Below, piece after piece: positions 17,863 to 26,918 of a stretch of 53,634 nucleotides of DNA. Made by a program: the position numbers and the translations under genes. Within the stretch, counting starts at the first letter, position 1; each line of letters opens with the position of its first letter. Below the pieces are notes generated by a model. It was not told where the DNA came from. It saw nothing but the letters and a program-made list of their open reading frames with translations, and ran no database searches. This DNA comes from Candidatus Shapirobacteria bacterium (GTDB lineage: Bacteria > Patescibacteriota > Microgenomatia > 0-14-0-10-38-17), in contig JAGPNC010000004.1 of NCBI GenBank assembly GCA_018052565.1, positions 1 to 53,634 on the forward strand, written 5' to 3'.

Positions 17863-17965
17863 AATTTTATTTTACCCCACCCGCCGGTAATATTTCCGTC
17901 GTTTTTCTTATCCATGCCAAGGTAAAAGGTAGGCGAAAGGGCAAAAAGTGATAAGATAGAAACTA

Positions 17966-19081
17966 ATGAAGGTTTTGGTTTTAGGGTCATCCGGGAAAAG
18001 CGCTGTTTCGCTTTACCGTCGCCGGCTGATTGTCACCAATTTAAGTGATTTTCGTGTAGAACTTTTAAACCCAGCACCGGGTCGGCCGCCGCAAACTCCC
18101 CCGCCTCCTCCTCTTTTCCCCCAACTTTTTTACCAGCCAGAAGAGAAGCTTTTGGAAAAAGCGGATTTGGTAATTGCCGATTTAACGGAAAGCGATTTTA
18201 AAACGGGTTTTTTGGTTTCCAAAGCCTTAGGTCAGCAAAAGCCGGTTTTGGGCCTTTTTTGGCAAGAAAAGGAAACGAAAATGCCTTCTTTTGATGAGGA
18301 TTGGCAAAAAAAAGAGCAGTTTTTTTGGGAAAGCTTTAACGAGCAAAATATCCGCTCACTTTTGCGCCATTTTTTAAGCTTCTGCCGGAAAAGAAAACGG
18401 TTTTGGGGAAGGTTGATTGCCATTGAGGGGGTAGACGGTTCGGGAAAAAGCACCCAAGCCAGAAGGCTTTTTGCCTATTTTAAAAAACGGGGCCTAACTG
18501 CCAAGATTGTTGATTTTCCTCGTTACGAGACTTCCTTTTATGGCCAGATGGCGGGACGCTTTCTTCAGGGGGAATTTGGTTCGCCTCTTGAAATTAGCCC
18601 TTACCTTGCTTCACTTCCTTATGCCCTGGATCGGTTTAAGGCCTCAAGCCAAATAGAGGATTGGCTTAAGGGCGGCTGCTTTGTGATTGCCAACCGCTAC
18701 GCTCCTTCGAATCTTGCCTATCAGGGGGCGCGATTAAAGGGGAAAGAACAGGAGAAGTTTTGGGATTGGGCCGAGCAAATGGAATATCAGGTGAATAAAA
18801 TTCCGCGTGAAGATGCGGTTGTCTTTCTTCATCTGCCGGCAAGAGTAAGCCAAAAACTTGTTTTGCGGCGTTCTAAAAAAACAGGCAAACAGCGTGACAA
18901 ATATGAGAAAAATTTGGTTTATCTTGAGGCGGTGGAAAAAGCCTATCTAAAACTGGCCAAACGTTTTCCCTACTGGTTAATGATCGAATGCCTTTCTCGA
19001 TCAGGAGACAAGATTTTGCCTCCGGCAGAAATTGAAAAGAAAATTATTCAGGGGCTTGAAGAGAGAGGGGTTATTAAGTAG
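17966..19081 (+). CDS. tmk: Thymidylate kinase with ~150-aa N-terminal nucleoside 2-deoxyribosyltransferase-like domain
   Basis: The C-terminal half has IAIEGVDGSGKSTQ (P-loop) and DRYAPSNLAYQG-type motifs. The N-terminal half has MKVLVLGS...ADLVIADLTESDFKTGFLVSKALGQQKPVLGLF and a Pro-rich insert. Confidence 0.8.
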   Translation: MKVLVLGSSGKSAVSLYRRRLIVTNLSDFRVELLNPAPGRPPQTPPPPPLFPQLFYQPEEKLLEKADLVIADLTESDFKTGFLVSKALGQQKPVLGLFWQEKETKMPSFDEDWQKKEQFFWESFNEQNIRSLLRHFLSFCRKRKRFWGRLIAIEGVDGSGKSTQARRLFAYFKKRGLTAKIVDFPRYETSFYGQMAGRFLQGEFGSPLEISPYLASLPYALDRFKASSQIEDWLKGGCFVIANRYAPSNLAYQGARLKGKEQEKFWDWAEQMEYQVNKIPREDAVVFLHLPARVSQKLVLRRSKKTGKQRDKYEKNLVYLEAVEKAYLKLAKRFPYWLMIECLSRSGDKILPPAEIEKKIIQGLEERGVIK

Positions 19082-19100
19082 AATAAAAAAGCTGATTAGA

Positions 19101-19212
19101 AAAATTCAAAAGTCAAAATTCAAAAGTCAAAAGTGCAAGTTAAAATTAAAAAGTAAAAAACTTTTAACTTTTGAATTGAAATTTTGCCTTTTGAATTTTA
19201 ACTTTTAACTTT
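19101..19212. repeat. AAAGT-word hairpin element, copy 4
   Basis: AAAATTCAAAAGTCAAAATTCAAAAGTCAAAAGTGCAAGTTAAAATT...CTTTTAACTTTTGAATTGAAATTTTGCCTTTTGAATTTTAACTTTTAACTTT. The SD and ATG follow immediately. Confidence 0.75.
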
Positions 19213-19230
19213 AAAAAGGAGGTGAAGATT

Positions 19231-19608
19231 ATGATCGGTTTTGTTGATGATATCGAAGAAAAAACAAGAAAAAATACCTTTTTCCGCCACGTGCTTTACA
19301 CTGGCCAGCATACCCAGCTGGTGGTGATGAGCCTTTTGCCGGGTGAGGAAATTGGCATGGAAGTGCATCCGGCAGTGGATCAATTCTTCCGCATTGAGGA
19401 AGGAGAGGCAAAGGTGATTATCGACGGCGAAGAGCATGAAGTCCGCGACGGGTTTGCGATTATTGTTCCGGCTGGTTCCCAGCATAACGTGATTAACACC
19501 GGTAGCAACCCCCTCAAACTCTATACTCTTTACTCGCCACCTAATCACCCCGACGGGACGATTCACCGTACCCGTGCCGAAGCGATGGCGGGAGAAGAGG
19601 AGCACTGA
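19231..19608 (+). CDS. Cupin domain protein
   Basis: GEEIGMEVHP...DGFAIIVPAGSQHNVINTG cupin motifs. ATG at 19231 lies 7 nt after AAGGAGG. The track start 19222 is a GTG inside the SD region. Confidence 0.75.
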   Translation: MIGFVDDIEEKTRKNTFFRHVLYTGQHTQLVVMSLLPGEEIGMEVHPAVDQFFRIEEGEAKVIIDGEEHEVRDGFAIIVPAGSQHNVINTGSNPLKLYTLYSPPNHPDGTIHRTRAEAMAGEEEH

Positions 19609-19610
19609 TC

Positions 19611-20225
19611 ATGGAGATAGTTTCTGTTAAGGAAGCGATAAAAGACCAAGGAGAAAAGGCAGTGGCGGTTCTTAAAAAAGGTGGATTAATTATTTATCCC
19701 ACCGATACGTGTTATGGCTTAGGAGCTGACGCTACCAACAGCGGGGCCATTGATAAACTGATGGCTTTTAAGGGAGAAAGAAAAGGCAAGCCGGTGGCGG
19801 TGGCAGTAAGCAATTTAGTCATGGCAGAGGAATATGTTTTTCTCTCCGAAAAAGCGCGCGCCTTGGCCAAAAAATATCTTCCCGGGCCACTAACCTTAGC
19901 TTGTTTAAGCAAACACAAGGTCGATCCAAGATTAGAATCAGCGGAGGGAACCTTAGGCGTGCGTATTCCTGATACTCCCCTACTTTTGGCGATTATTGCC
20001 GCCTTGGGAAAACCGATAACCACCACCTCGGCTAATATTTCCGGTGGCGCCTCTCCCTATTCTCGTTCTTCTTGGGAAAAAGAAACGCCTCAAGAAAGGC
20101 AGGCGCTGGTTGATTTATTTCTTGATGCTGGCGAGTTGCCCTTTTCGCCGCCTTCAACGGTGGTTGAGGTTAGCGGGGAGAAAATAAAGATTATCCGCCA
20201 AGGGGCAATCAAAATTAAAGAATGA
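19611..20225 (+). CDS. tsaC: L-threonylcarbamoyladenylate synthase (TsaC/YrdC/Sua5 family)
   Basis: IIYPTDTCYGLGADA, KGERKGKPVAVAV, GVRIPD, TTSANISG. Confidence 0.85.
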   Translation: MEIVSVKEAIKDQGEKAVAVLKKGGLIIYPTDTCYGLGADATNSGAIDKLMAFKGERKGKPVAVAVSNLVMAEEYVFLSEKARALAKKYLPGPLTLACLSKHKVDPRLESAEGTLGVRIPDTPLLLAIIAALGKPITTTSANISGGASPYSRSSWEKETPQERQALVDLFLDAGELPFSPPSTVVEVSGEKIKIIRQGAIKIKE

Positions 20226-21187
20226 AGAAAAAAATTTTCTTGGGCGGTTTAGTTTTGGTAATTTTTGGCGCTCTCGTGGCGGCGGTTTTTTTAAATTCAA
20301 AAGAAGAATTAAGCTTTGCGCCTGTCTTCTCGCCACTACCAACCCCTACTCCTACTCCTTTGCCGGTGAAAATTATTTTTGCTGGCGATCTGATGTTTGA
20401 CCGCAACATTCGCTTGCAGGCAAAAAAATCTGGCGGCTATGATTTTTTCTTTACTAATTTAGCGCCTCTTTTTAAAGGAGCGGATTTGGCGGTCGCTAAT
20501 CTTGAAGGGCCGATTACTAATTTTTCCTCCAAAAGCGTGGGAACTCTCCCCGGCAGCCCTAATAATTTTATCTTTACTTTTCCGCCTGAAGTGATGGAAA
20601 CCTTAAAGAAGAATAATTTTTACTTGCTTAATTTAGGTAATAACCATATTTTAAATTTTGGTCTTGAAGGCTTGGCGCAAACCAAAAATTATTTAAAGGC
20701 AGCGGGGTTAAATTATTTTGGCAATACCGGCGATGATGAAGAACGCTATTTTATTTGGCAAAAAGATAACCTGAAAATCGGCTTTGTTAATTATAACCAG
20801 TTTGCTCCCAGTGGTTTTGCTTTAGCCAAAGAAGATGTCGCCAGGGTTCGCCCCCAGGCTGATTTAGTTATCCTTTACGCCCATTGGGAAGAAGAATATC
20901 AGCAACAGCCGAGTAAAATAATTGAAGAGCAGGCCCACGAGCTGGTAGAGGCAGGGGTGGACTTGATTATCGGCTCCCATCCTCACGTGATCCAGCCGGC
21001 CGAGTTTTATCAAGGGAAGAAAATTTATTATTCTTTAGGCAATTTTCTCTTTGACCAGTATTTTTCCGAAGAAACTCAAAAAGGGTTGTTAGTGCTTCTA
21101 ACGCTTGATCCTCAAACCCGCGCTTTTTCCTTTCAGGACTTAACGATAGAAATGGCCTCTGGGGCTCCGTTAGTTATTAAAGAATAA
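20222..21187 (+). CDS. CapA-family metallophosphatase-like protein with N-terminal anchor
   Basis: IIFAGDLMFDR, NLEGPIT, LGNNHILNFG, HWEEEY, GSHPHVIQP. Confidence 0.8.
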   Translation: MKKKIFLGGLVLVIFGALVAAVFLNSKEELSFAPVFSPLPTPTPTPLPVKIIFAGDLMFDRNIRLQAKKSGGYDFFFTNLAPLFKGADLAVANLEGPITNFSSKSVGTLPGSPNNFIFTFPPEVMETLKKNNFYLLNLGNNHILNFGLEGLAQTKNYLKAAGLNYFGNTGDDEERYFIWQKDNLKIGFVNYNQFAPSGFALAKEDVARVRPQADLVILYAHWEEEYQQQPSKIIEEQAHELVEAGVDLIIGSHPHVIQPAEFYQGKKIYYSLGNFLFDQYFSEETQKGLLVLLTLDPQTRAFSFQDLTIEMASGAPLVIKE

Positions 21188-21390
21188 ATTTTGGTTCAAA
21201 GCTATTTACGAAGCGATGGGTGATTTTTATTTTAGAAAATAATTTATGGAAAACGATGGCCAAATTTTTAATTTATTTTTAAAGATTTGCGTTTTGGATA
21301 TTTTTTAGGTCAATCAGAATAATTTTGATTTTTCCCCTGACTCGCCGGTGGGCGGACCCTCTTGTTTTTTAATTTCCAGCAGGAGATTTT

Positions 21391-22400
21391 CTATTTCCTC
21401 GTCTTGGGGATTAATTTTTGGACAATTTCTAAGTATTTTCTGGCCTCTTCTGGTTGGTTTAGCTGGTAATAAATTAAGCCTAAATTTCGATAAAGATAAG
21501 GGAGATCGGGCCTCAGCTCTAAAAGCTTAAGAGCCGTTTCTTTGGCTTTTTCAAAATCTTTTTGCTCGTAATAAATTGTCGCCATATTCTGGTAGCTTTG
21601 CCAAATAGCGGGGTTTATTGCCACCGCTTTTTGGTAGTTTTCCAGCGCTTTTTGCCAGTCGCCTTTTTGCTGATAAATATTGGCTAAGTTATGGTAGGCA
21701 TCGGCATAGCGAGTATTAAGATTAATCGCAATTTGAAATTCCTCAATGGCTCGATCAAAATCACCTCTTCTGGCCCATAAATCGCCTAAATTATTATGGT
21801 TTTGCGGCTTGAGGGAGAAGTTTTGGCGGCCGCCAGCCAAAGATTATCTTGGTTTCCCCAGTCAAAGTTGCGGGTAATTGTTCTTGTCCCCAAGGCGATT
21901 ATTAATAAAAAAATAATAATTTCTCCCCATGGTTTGGTTGTTTCTTTTTTTAAAAGTTGAGACAGTAAATAACTGGCCATTACCGTTAGTCCGGCCACGC
22001 CTAAATAAACATAACGTTCGGCTATAATCCAGGAAACGCCAAAAGGAGAAAGAACCGGCGAAAGGGAGGCAAGAAACCACAGCGGCCAAAAAGAAAGTCG
22101 ACGGTGGAAAGAGAAAAATAAGTAAACGGTTAGCGCTAAAAATGCAAGACAAATGCCTACTAAAACAGCAAATTCTGTTTTTGAAAAAAAGTTTCGGAAT
22201 GATAAAGGGTTGAGTTCTTGGGCCATAAAAAAAGCTCCAGATAAGAAGTAATGGCCACGGGAAACTTAAAGAAAAGGCTGGGCATTTGGCTGGGATCTTA
22301 ATAATAATTGGCCTGTAAGTCCGCCAGTCTTTCCGGCACTTTAGTCAGGTAAAAAACAATCCAAACTAAACCGATTAAAGAAGGCGCGATTAATTTTTAG
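21391..22400 (-). pseudogene. Decayed membrane + TPR-repeat protein (PMT/TMTC-like architecture)
   Basis: Two ORFs (21786-22226 TM part, 21391-21840 TPR part) join across a 1-nt frameshift near 21812: WLAAAKTSPSS / QNHNNLGDLWARRGD. Further TM-like reading frames with stops continue upstream to about 22400. Confidence 0.6.
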
Positions 22401-22462
22401 CTTTTTTGGCGGAAGAAAAAGAGTAAAGATGTTTCAGAAAGCCTTAGTGATATAATACGCTT

Positions 22463-23335
22463 ATGGTTAATAGTGGCGAGAGAGTCAAGGGGCCGGAGTT
22501 AGAGCTTAGCACGGCAGGCGCTTTATTAGCCACGGTTCAAAAAGAGGATTTTTTTGCCCTTATTGAAAGAGCCCAAGAGGCGGGGTTCCCTAATTTTTGT
22601 GTAATGCCATTTCGCGCTTTTAAAAATAGAGGAAGCCTTAAGGAATTAGCCGAGAGAAAAATTGCCGTTATTCATCTTGAAGAGGTTTGGAACCCTCTTT
22701 CGGGGAGGGCTTATAACTATCTTTTGCCTTCCTTGGTAGCGGGAGGCTATGGTACCTTTTTAAGAAGAGTTTTAGGGAGAAGTTTATCAATCCCCATGTT
22801 AGAAGATTCTTTGTTCCCTCCCCAAGAGACCGCTTCGGTTATTTTTAAAGGGCTGATGGAGGTTTTTCCTCAGGCAAAGGTTATTTCTCATGAGGCTTTT
22901 TTAGGAGTTCTTCCTAAGGACCGTTTTCTTTTGGAAATTAATCCGGGCTTGCCAATGGGGAAGGAACAAATTGTGGATTGGGCGCAAAATTTTGACGTGG
23001 GTCTAGTTTTTGATCCCTCTCATCTCTTGGCGGAAAACGCTGCTAATAGTTTTCCTGGCCGGCCAACACAGCCAAAAAACTTTTGGGAAGAACAATTTAA
23101 TTATTTTGCCAAAACAGGAAAGGTTAAGGTGGTTGATATTCATCCCAAGCATAGTTACAAAGAAATTATGGAAACACCCCTGCGAGAACTGGCGTCAGCA
23201 GCCAAAGAAACGGCGTCTGTCGGTTATTTGAGGGTGGAGACGCCGTTGCCCATTGGCAACCAATTGCCTTGGCTTTCACGAGGAAAAGATTTTCTCGTCC
23301 TGTCCCAATTAGCGCAAATTCTTCGAGAAGCATAG
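22463..23335 (+). CDS. Hypothetical protein (possibly TIM-barrel-like), function unknown
   Basis: 290-aa intact ORF; no motif I can name with confidence. Confidence 0.5.
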   Translation: MVNSGERVKGPELELSTAGALLATVQKEDFFALIERAQEAGFPNFCVMPFRAFKNRGSLKELAERKIAVIHLEEVWNPLSGRAYNYLLPSLVAGGYGTFLRRVLGRSLSIPMLEDSLFPPQETASVIFKGLMEVFPQAKVISHEAFLGVLPKDRFLLEINPGLPMGKEQIVDWAQNFDVGLVFDPSHLLAENAANSFPGRPTQPKNFWEEQFNYFAKTGKVKVVDIHPKHSYKEIMETPLRELASAAKETASVGYLRVETPLPIGNQLPWLSRGKDFLVLSQLAQILREA

Positions 23336-23339
23336 GTTG

Positions 23340-24622
23340 TTAAGTATCAAATGAATGACTACACCTTTAATTTAGCAAAACGCATAGGAAATTTTTGCTC
23401 TGCGATTGGTATTAGGTCGCTATCATTGGGCTGAACATACAAAGTTAAGTTTTGTTTTACAACATCAAGTTTAGCTAAAACGTAAGTATTAAGGTATTCT
23501 GGACTTAAGTAAATTTGCTCTTTGAAAATCCGAATCGCTGGTTGTTCTTGCTCGTTGGTTCCAACTAGCCCGATAAGATAGATGGTCATCCTTGGTTTGG
23601 GCTCGAACTCTTTGGCTAAAAGATCTTGGTAGCCAAAGCTCTTATCCAGAAATCTCCCTGGTAACTTTCTTGGTAAGGAGGAGTAGGCTCGATACTCTTT
23701 CTCAAATCTGGCGACTACCTGGTCAATCTCAGCTAGGCTGGTGAAAGTATATCTTTTCCAAACTTTTTTTGGCAAAAACGCTATTAGTTCCTTCTACTGG
23801 ACCATTCATCCATGGTTTTTTGGAGGCGATGAAGAGAGGGGTAGCCCCTAAAAGCAAGAGATATCGGATGAAAGGAGAAATGATGCGGGGATTTTTCCCT
23901 GAAGCAGTAAAACTAAAGCCATTATCTAACCAAAGAGTATCAGGGATTGGTTATTGTTTCCAATCCCGGCTGGTAGTTTCCAGGGCCACCTCCATCCCCT
24001 GGTTGATAACTCTCTTTATTAATCTTAAAGTAGAAGGCTTTTTGTAGAACCTAGTAAAGAAATGGATTGGTTTGCTTGAGCCATAGATGTACTTGTGGCC
24101 AATAAAATCTATTCCCTCTTGGATTTTGCCCAATCCAGAAAGGGTAACTAAAGGATAATGTTGGTTTTCAACTACCTTGAGCATTCCCCGCCTACTCTTA
24201 GGAAAAGATTGATGGATAACTCTGGCCACAAAAGCCCGTTTTAAAGACCGGCTGTTACCATAGAATTTTCCATACTCATCTAATATTTTATCAGGTCCAA
24301 AGAAAAGGCAGAATGGGAAACAAAGCTTTCCCTAATTTTAATCACTCTTTGGGCCTCTACCTTAGTCAGAGAACGTCTTTTGCCTTTGGGCCAACCCCGC
24401 CTGTCCTTGGTAGAGCTACTTTTGCTCTTAGCCCACCGTTGGACAAAAGAACGAGAGACAGCAAGCTTTCTGGCAATTACGGATTTGTCAAGGCACTTTT
24501 GGAAGAAAAGCTCTTTGACTTGAGAGCGCTTCTTTTCTAAAGTCTGCTTGTCATACATAGGGGAATTTTACCCCAACGATGCTGATAGTGGCAAAGACTG
24601 TAGTCATTCATTTGATACTTAA
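23340..24622 (-). mobile_element. Decayed insertion sequence with 24-bp perfect terminal inverted repeats
   Basis: TTAAGTATCAAATGAATGACTACA at 23340-23363 is the exact reverse complement of 24599-24622. The 1283-bp element carries a broken HTH + DDE/integrase-core transposase gene. Confidence 0.8.
23359..24558 (-). pseudogene. Transposase (HTH + rve-like DDE core), disrupted
   Basis: ORF1 is an HTH (VIARKLAVSRSFVQRWAK). A frameshift near 24300 leads to FFGPDKILDEY...IDFIGHKYIYG. An in-frame TAA precedes PIPDTLWLDNGFSF...KKPWMNGPVEGTN. A further frameshift in a poly-A run leads to the C-terminal 138-aa ORF. Confidence 0.75.
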
Positions 24623-24659
24623 TACCTAGCCGCTACCAGGTAACAGTAAAAAACGCCCG

Positions 24660-24929
24660 CCACCGTTTTTTCTTGTTTTAAACCGATCTTATCACTCCGG
24701 AGGGCGAATTTTTGATCGAAAAAAATCTTTAAATGCGGATCATTTTTTGGCTGATACTTTTGCCAATACTTGGTTTATCGAGAAAACAGGCGACTACCAG
24801 ATAACTTTAGAATTTTTGCCCCAGAGGAAATATCGCTTTGGCCTGGCTATTAGCGCCTTGACTTTTTTAGGAGCGACTTTATCTTTCCTAAAATCTGCTT
24901 GTGTTAAAAAAAGAAGCAAGGTAGAATAA
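24660..24929 (+). pseudogene. 3' remnant of a large membrane protein (YfhO/PMT-like C-terminus)
   Basis: An open frame with no plausible start reads VLNRSYHSGGRIFD...GDYQITLEFLPQRKYRFGLAISALTFLG. This resembles the conserved C-terminal end of YfhO/glycosyltransferase-39-like proteins. It begins right after the IS end. Confidence 0.45.
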
Positions 24930-24934
24930 GTTTT

Positions 24935-25924
24935 ATGAAATGGGGTGTTAAAGTTCTCTTGGGTCTGCTTGTTTTTTTGCTTCTCTTGGGATTAGGAGGC
25001 CTTTTTGCCCGCGATAAGTTTTTTGGCGCTCCTAATCCTCAGGATAGCCAAAGCCAAACGTTAGTGGTTAGCCGAGAGATGGATAAGGAGGCGGTTTTTG
25101 CCCAATTGGCGAGCCAGGGACTTATTAAGAATAAGGCGGCTTTTTCTTGGCTTTTTTTTAAAAAATATGGCTTTGCCAAAATTGAGCCGGGCGGTTATTA
25201 TCTTCGCCCTGACATGGACGCTTTGGCGGTGGCCGAAAAACTTACTTCACCACCGGATATGGTGTGGGTAACTATCCCCGAGGGCTGGCGCAAAGAAGAA
25301 ATCGGCGAACGCTTGGCTAAAGTTCTTGGCTGGGACGAGGAAGAGCTTAAAAAGTGGAACGAAGTTTACACCCGGATGAATTTTGACTATCGGGAGGGAG
25401 TTTATTTCCCCGATACTTATTTAATTGACCGCCATGAGGATGGTCTGAGCGTGGCTAACCGGCTCATTAGCCGCTTTGAAGAAAAAGCCGCACCTGTTTT
25501 GGCGGAATTTGCCCAAAAAAATATTCTTTGGACTACCGGCTTAAAGATTGCCTCGCTCGTACAAAGGGAAGCCGCCGGCGATGATGATATGGCCTTAATT
25601 GCCGGCATTATTTGGAACCGTCTTAATATTGGCATGAAGCTTGATATCGATGCTACCGTGCAGTACGCGCGGGGAAAAACCGAGGCGGGTTGGTGGGCGC
25701 CGATTAAAGTGGAAGATAAGCAAATCGATTCGCCTTACAATACCTATCTTTATGCCGGTCTGCCGCCAACACCCATTTGCAACCCCGGCCTTAAGGCCTT
25801 GTCCGCCGCCGCCAATCCCCAAGAAACTGATTGTCTTTTTTACTTCCACGACGCTGCCCGCCAAATCCACTGCAGCTCCACCTACGAAGAGCACTTAGAA
25901 AAAATCGAGCAGTATTTGCGGTAG
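24935..25924 (+). CDS. mltG: Endolytic murein transglycosylase MltG (YceG-like)
   Basis: N-terminal TM segment; motifs GVYFPDTYL, ASLVQREA, IIWNRLNIGMKLDIDATVQYA, SPYNTYLYAGLPPTPICNPG. Confidence 0.9.
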   Translation: MKWGVKVLLGLLVFLLLLGLGGLFARDKFFGAPNPQDSQSQTLVVSREMDKEAVFAQLASQGLIKNKAAFSWLFFKKYGFAKIEPGGYYLRPDMDALAVAEKLTSPPDMVWVTIPEGWRKEEIGERLAKVLGWDEEELKKWNEVYTRMNFDYREGVYFPDTYLIDRHEDGLSVANRLISRFEEKAAPVLAEFAQKNILWTTGLKIASLVQREAAGDDDMALIAGIIWNRLNIGMKLDIDATVQYARGKTEAGWWAPIKVEDKQIDSPYNTYLYAGLPPTPICNPGLKALSAAANPQETDCLFYFHDAARQIHCSSTYEEHLEKIEQYLR

Positions 25925-26069
25925 TCTTTTTGTTTTGCTTGCGAAGCTTTAGTTTGTCTTTCTAATTTTTTTGATGTGCTGGTTAAGAAATTAAAAAGGC
26001 TAATATGTCTTTTTGCATGGGGTATGAATTTTTTGGCGGAGCGGACAGATTATAATAAAAGAGCCTAAA

Positions 26070-26603
26070 ATGACGAAAGTACAGAAATGGCAAGAGCTTT
26101 CAAGAGAAATTGCCTTTCAAAAATACAGTCGTAAGGTTGAAAAGGTAATGTTTAAGCTTCCCGGCGGAAAAGAAACAGATTTTTATGTAAAAAGAGAAAG
26201 CCCGGCAGTAGCAGTTTTGGCATTAACCAAAGATAACAAAATCATCCTTGTCAAACAATATCGCCCGGGCCCTAAAGAAATTTTGTTTGAGCTACCAGGG
26301 GGATTTATAGATCCAAGCGAAAGTCCAGAAGAAGCGATAAAACGCGAGTTGCTTGAAGAAACTGGTTATAAAGGGGAAATTAAATTTGTAACTGCCTGCC
26401 TTGACGATGCTTATTCCACAATGAATCGGTACTGCTTTGTGGCTACGGGGTGTAAAAAAGTTAGTGAACCAAGAATAACAAAAGATGAAATTGTGGAGCT
26501 TAAACTTCTATCTCTGAAAGATTTTAGAAAGCTTTTGCAAAGCGGCAAGATGACTGACGTAGAAGTAGGATACCTTGGTCTTGATTTCCTAAAGCTTCTA
26601 TAA
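26070..26603 (+). CDS. NUDIX hydrolase (ADP-ribose pyrophosphatase-like)
   Basis: Nudix box GGFIDPSESPEEAIKRELLEETGY. Confidence 0.85.
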   Translation: MTKVQKWQELSREIAFQKYSRKVEKVMFKLPGGKETDFYVKRESPAVAVLALTKDNKIILVKQYRPGPKEILFELPGGFIDPSESPEEAIKRELLEETGYKGEIKFVTACLDDAYSTMNRYCFVATGCKKVSEPRITKDEIVELKLLSLKDFRKLLQSGKMTDVEVGYLGLDFLKLL

Positions 26604-26918
26604 CCTCAAAAAGACAACGTTTTTGCCTATCGTTTCCTTTCTATAGTAAAATACTCGATGAGTTAACTGGTTAATCCCCCTGCTGAGGGGGGCAGAAGAA
26701 TACTATTCTTTTTTATTGGTTTTTTAGTTTTCCTTTCAATTCTTAGCCTGTACCCTGATTTTGTGTCTCCCGAACATAATATTACCAAAGCGTCCTGTCG
26801 TTTTCCCCTGAAATCCTCTAAGGCATTTCAATGAGAAAGAAAAATAGTTCGTTGGAGTCGTTAATAATCAGAAAATAGCCAAGAGGCTGTTTTTAAGTTA
26901 GCAACATTTTTTGGGGGA

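Noticed and set aside
19198-19605. 135-aa minus-strand ORF
   Set aside because: It exactly shadows the cupin gene, which has cupin motifs and a strong SD. It is an antisense artefact.
23769-24540. Plus-strand ORFs 23769-24047 and 24313-24540
   Set aside because: They are antisense to the transposase reading frames, whose HTH and DDE-core motifs are on the minus strand.
26673-26715. Possible intrinsic terminator after the NUDIX gene (CCCCCTGCTGAGGGGGG followed later by a T-run)
   Set aside because: The T-run is about 20 nt from the stem and preceded by another weak palindrome. The geometry does not fit a canonical rho-independent terminator well enough to call.
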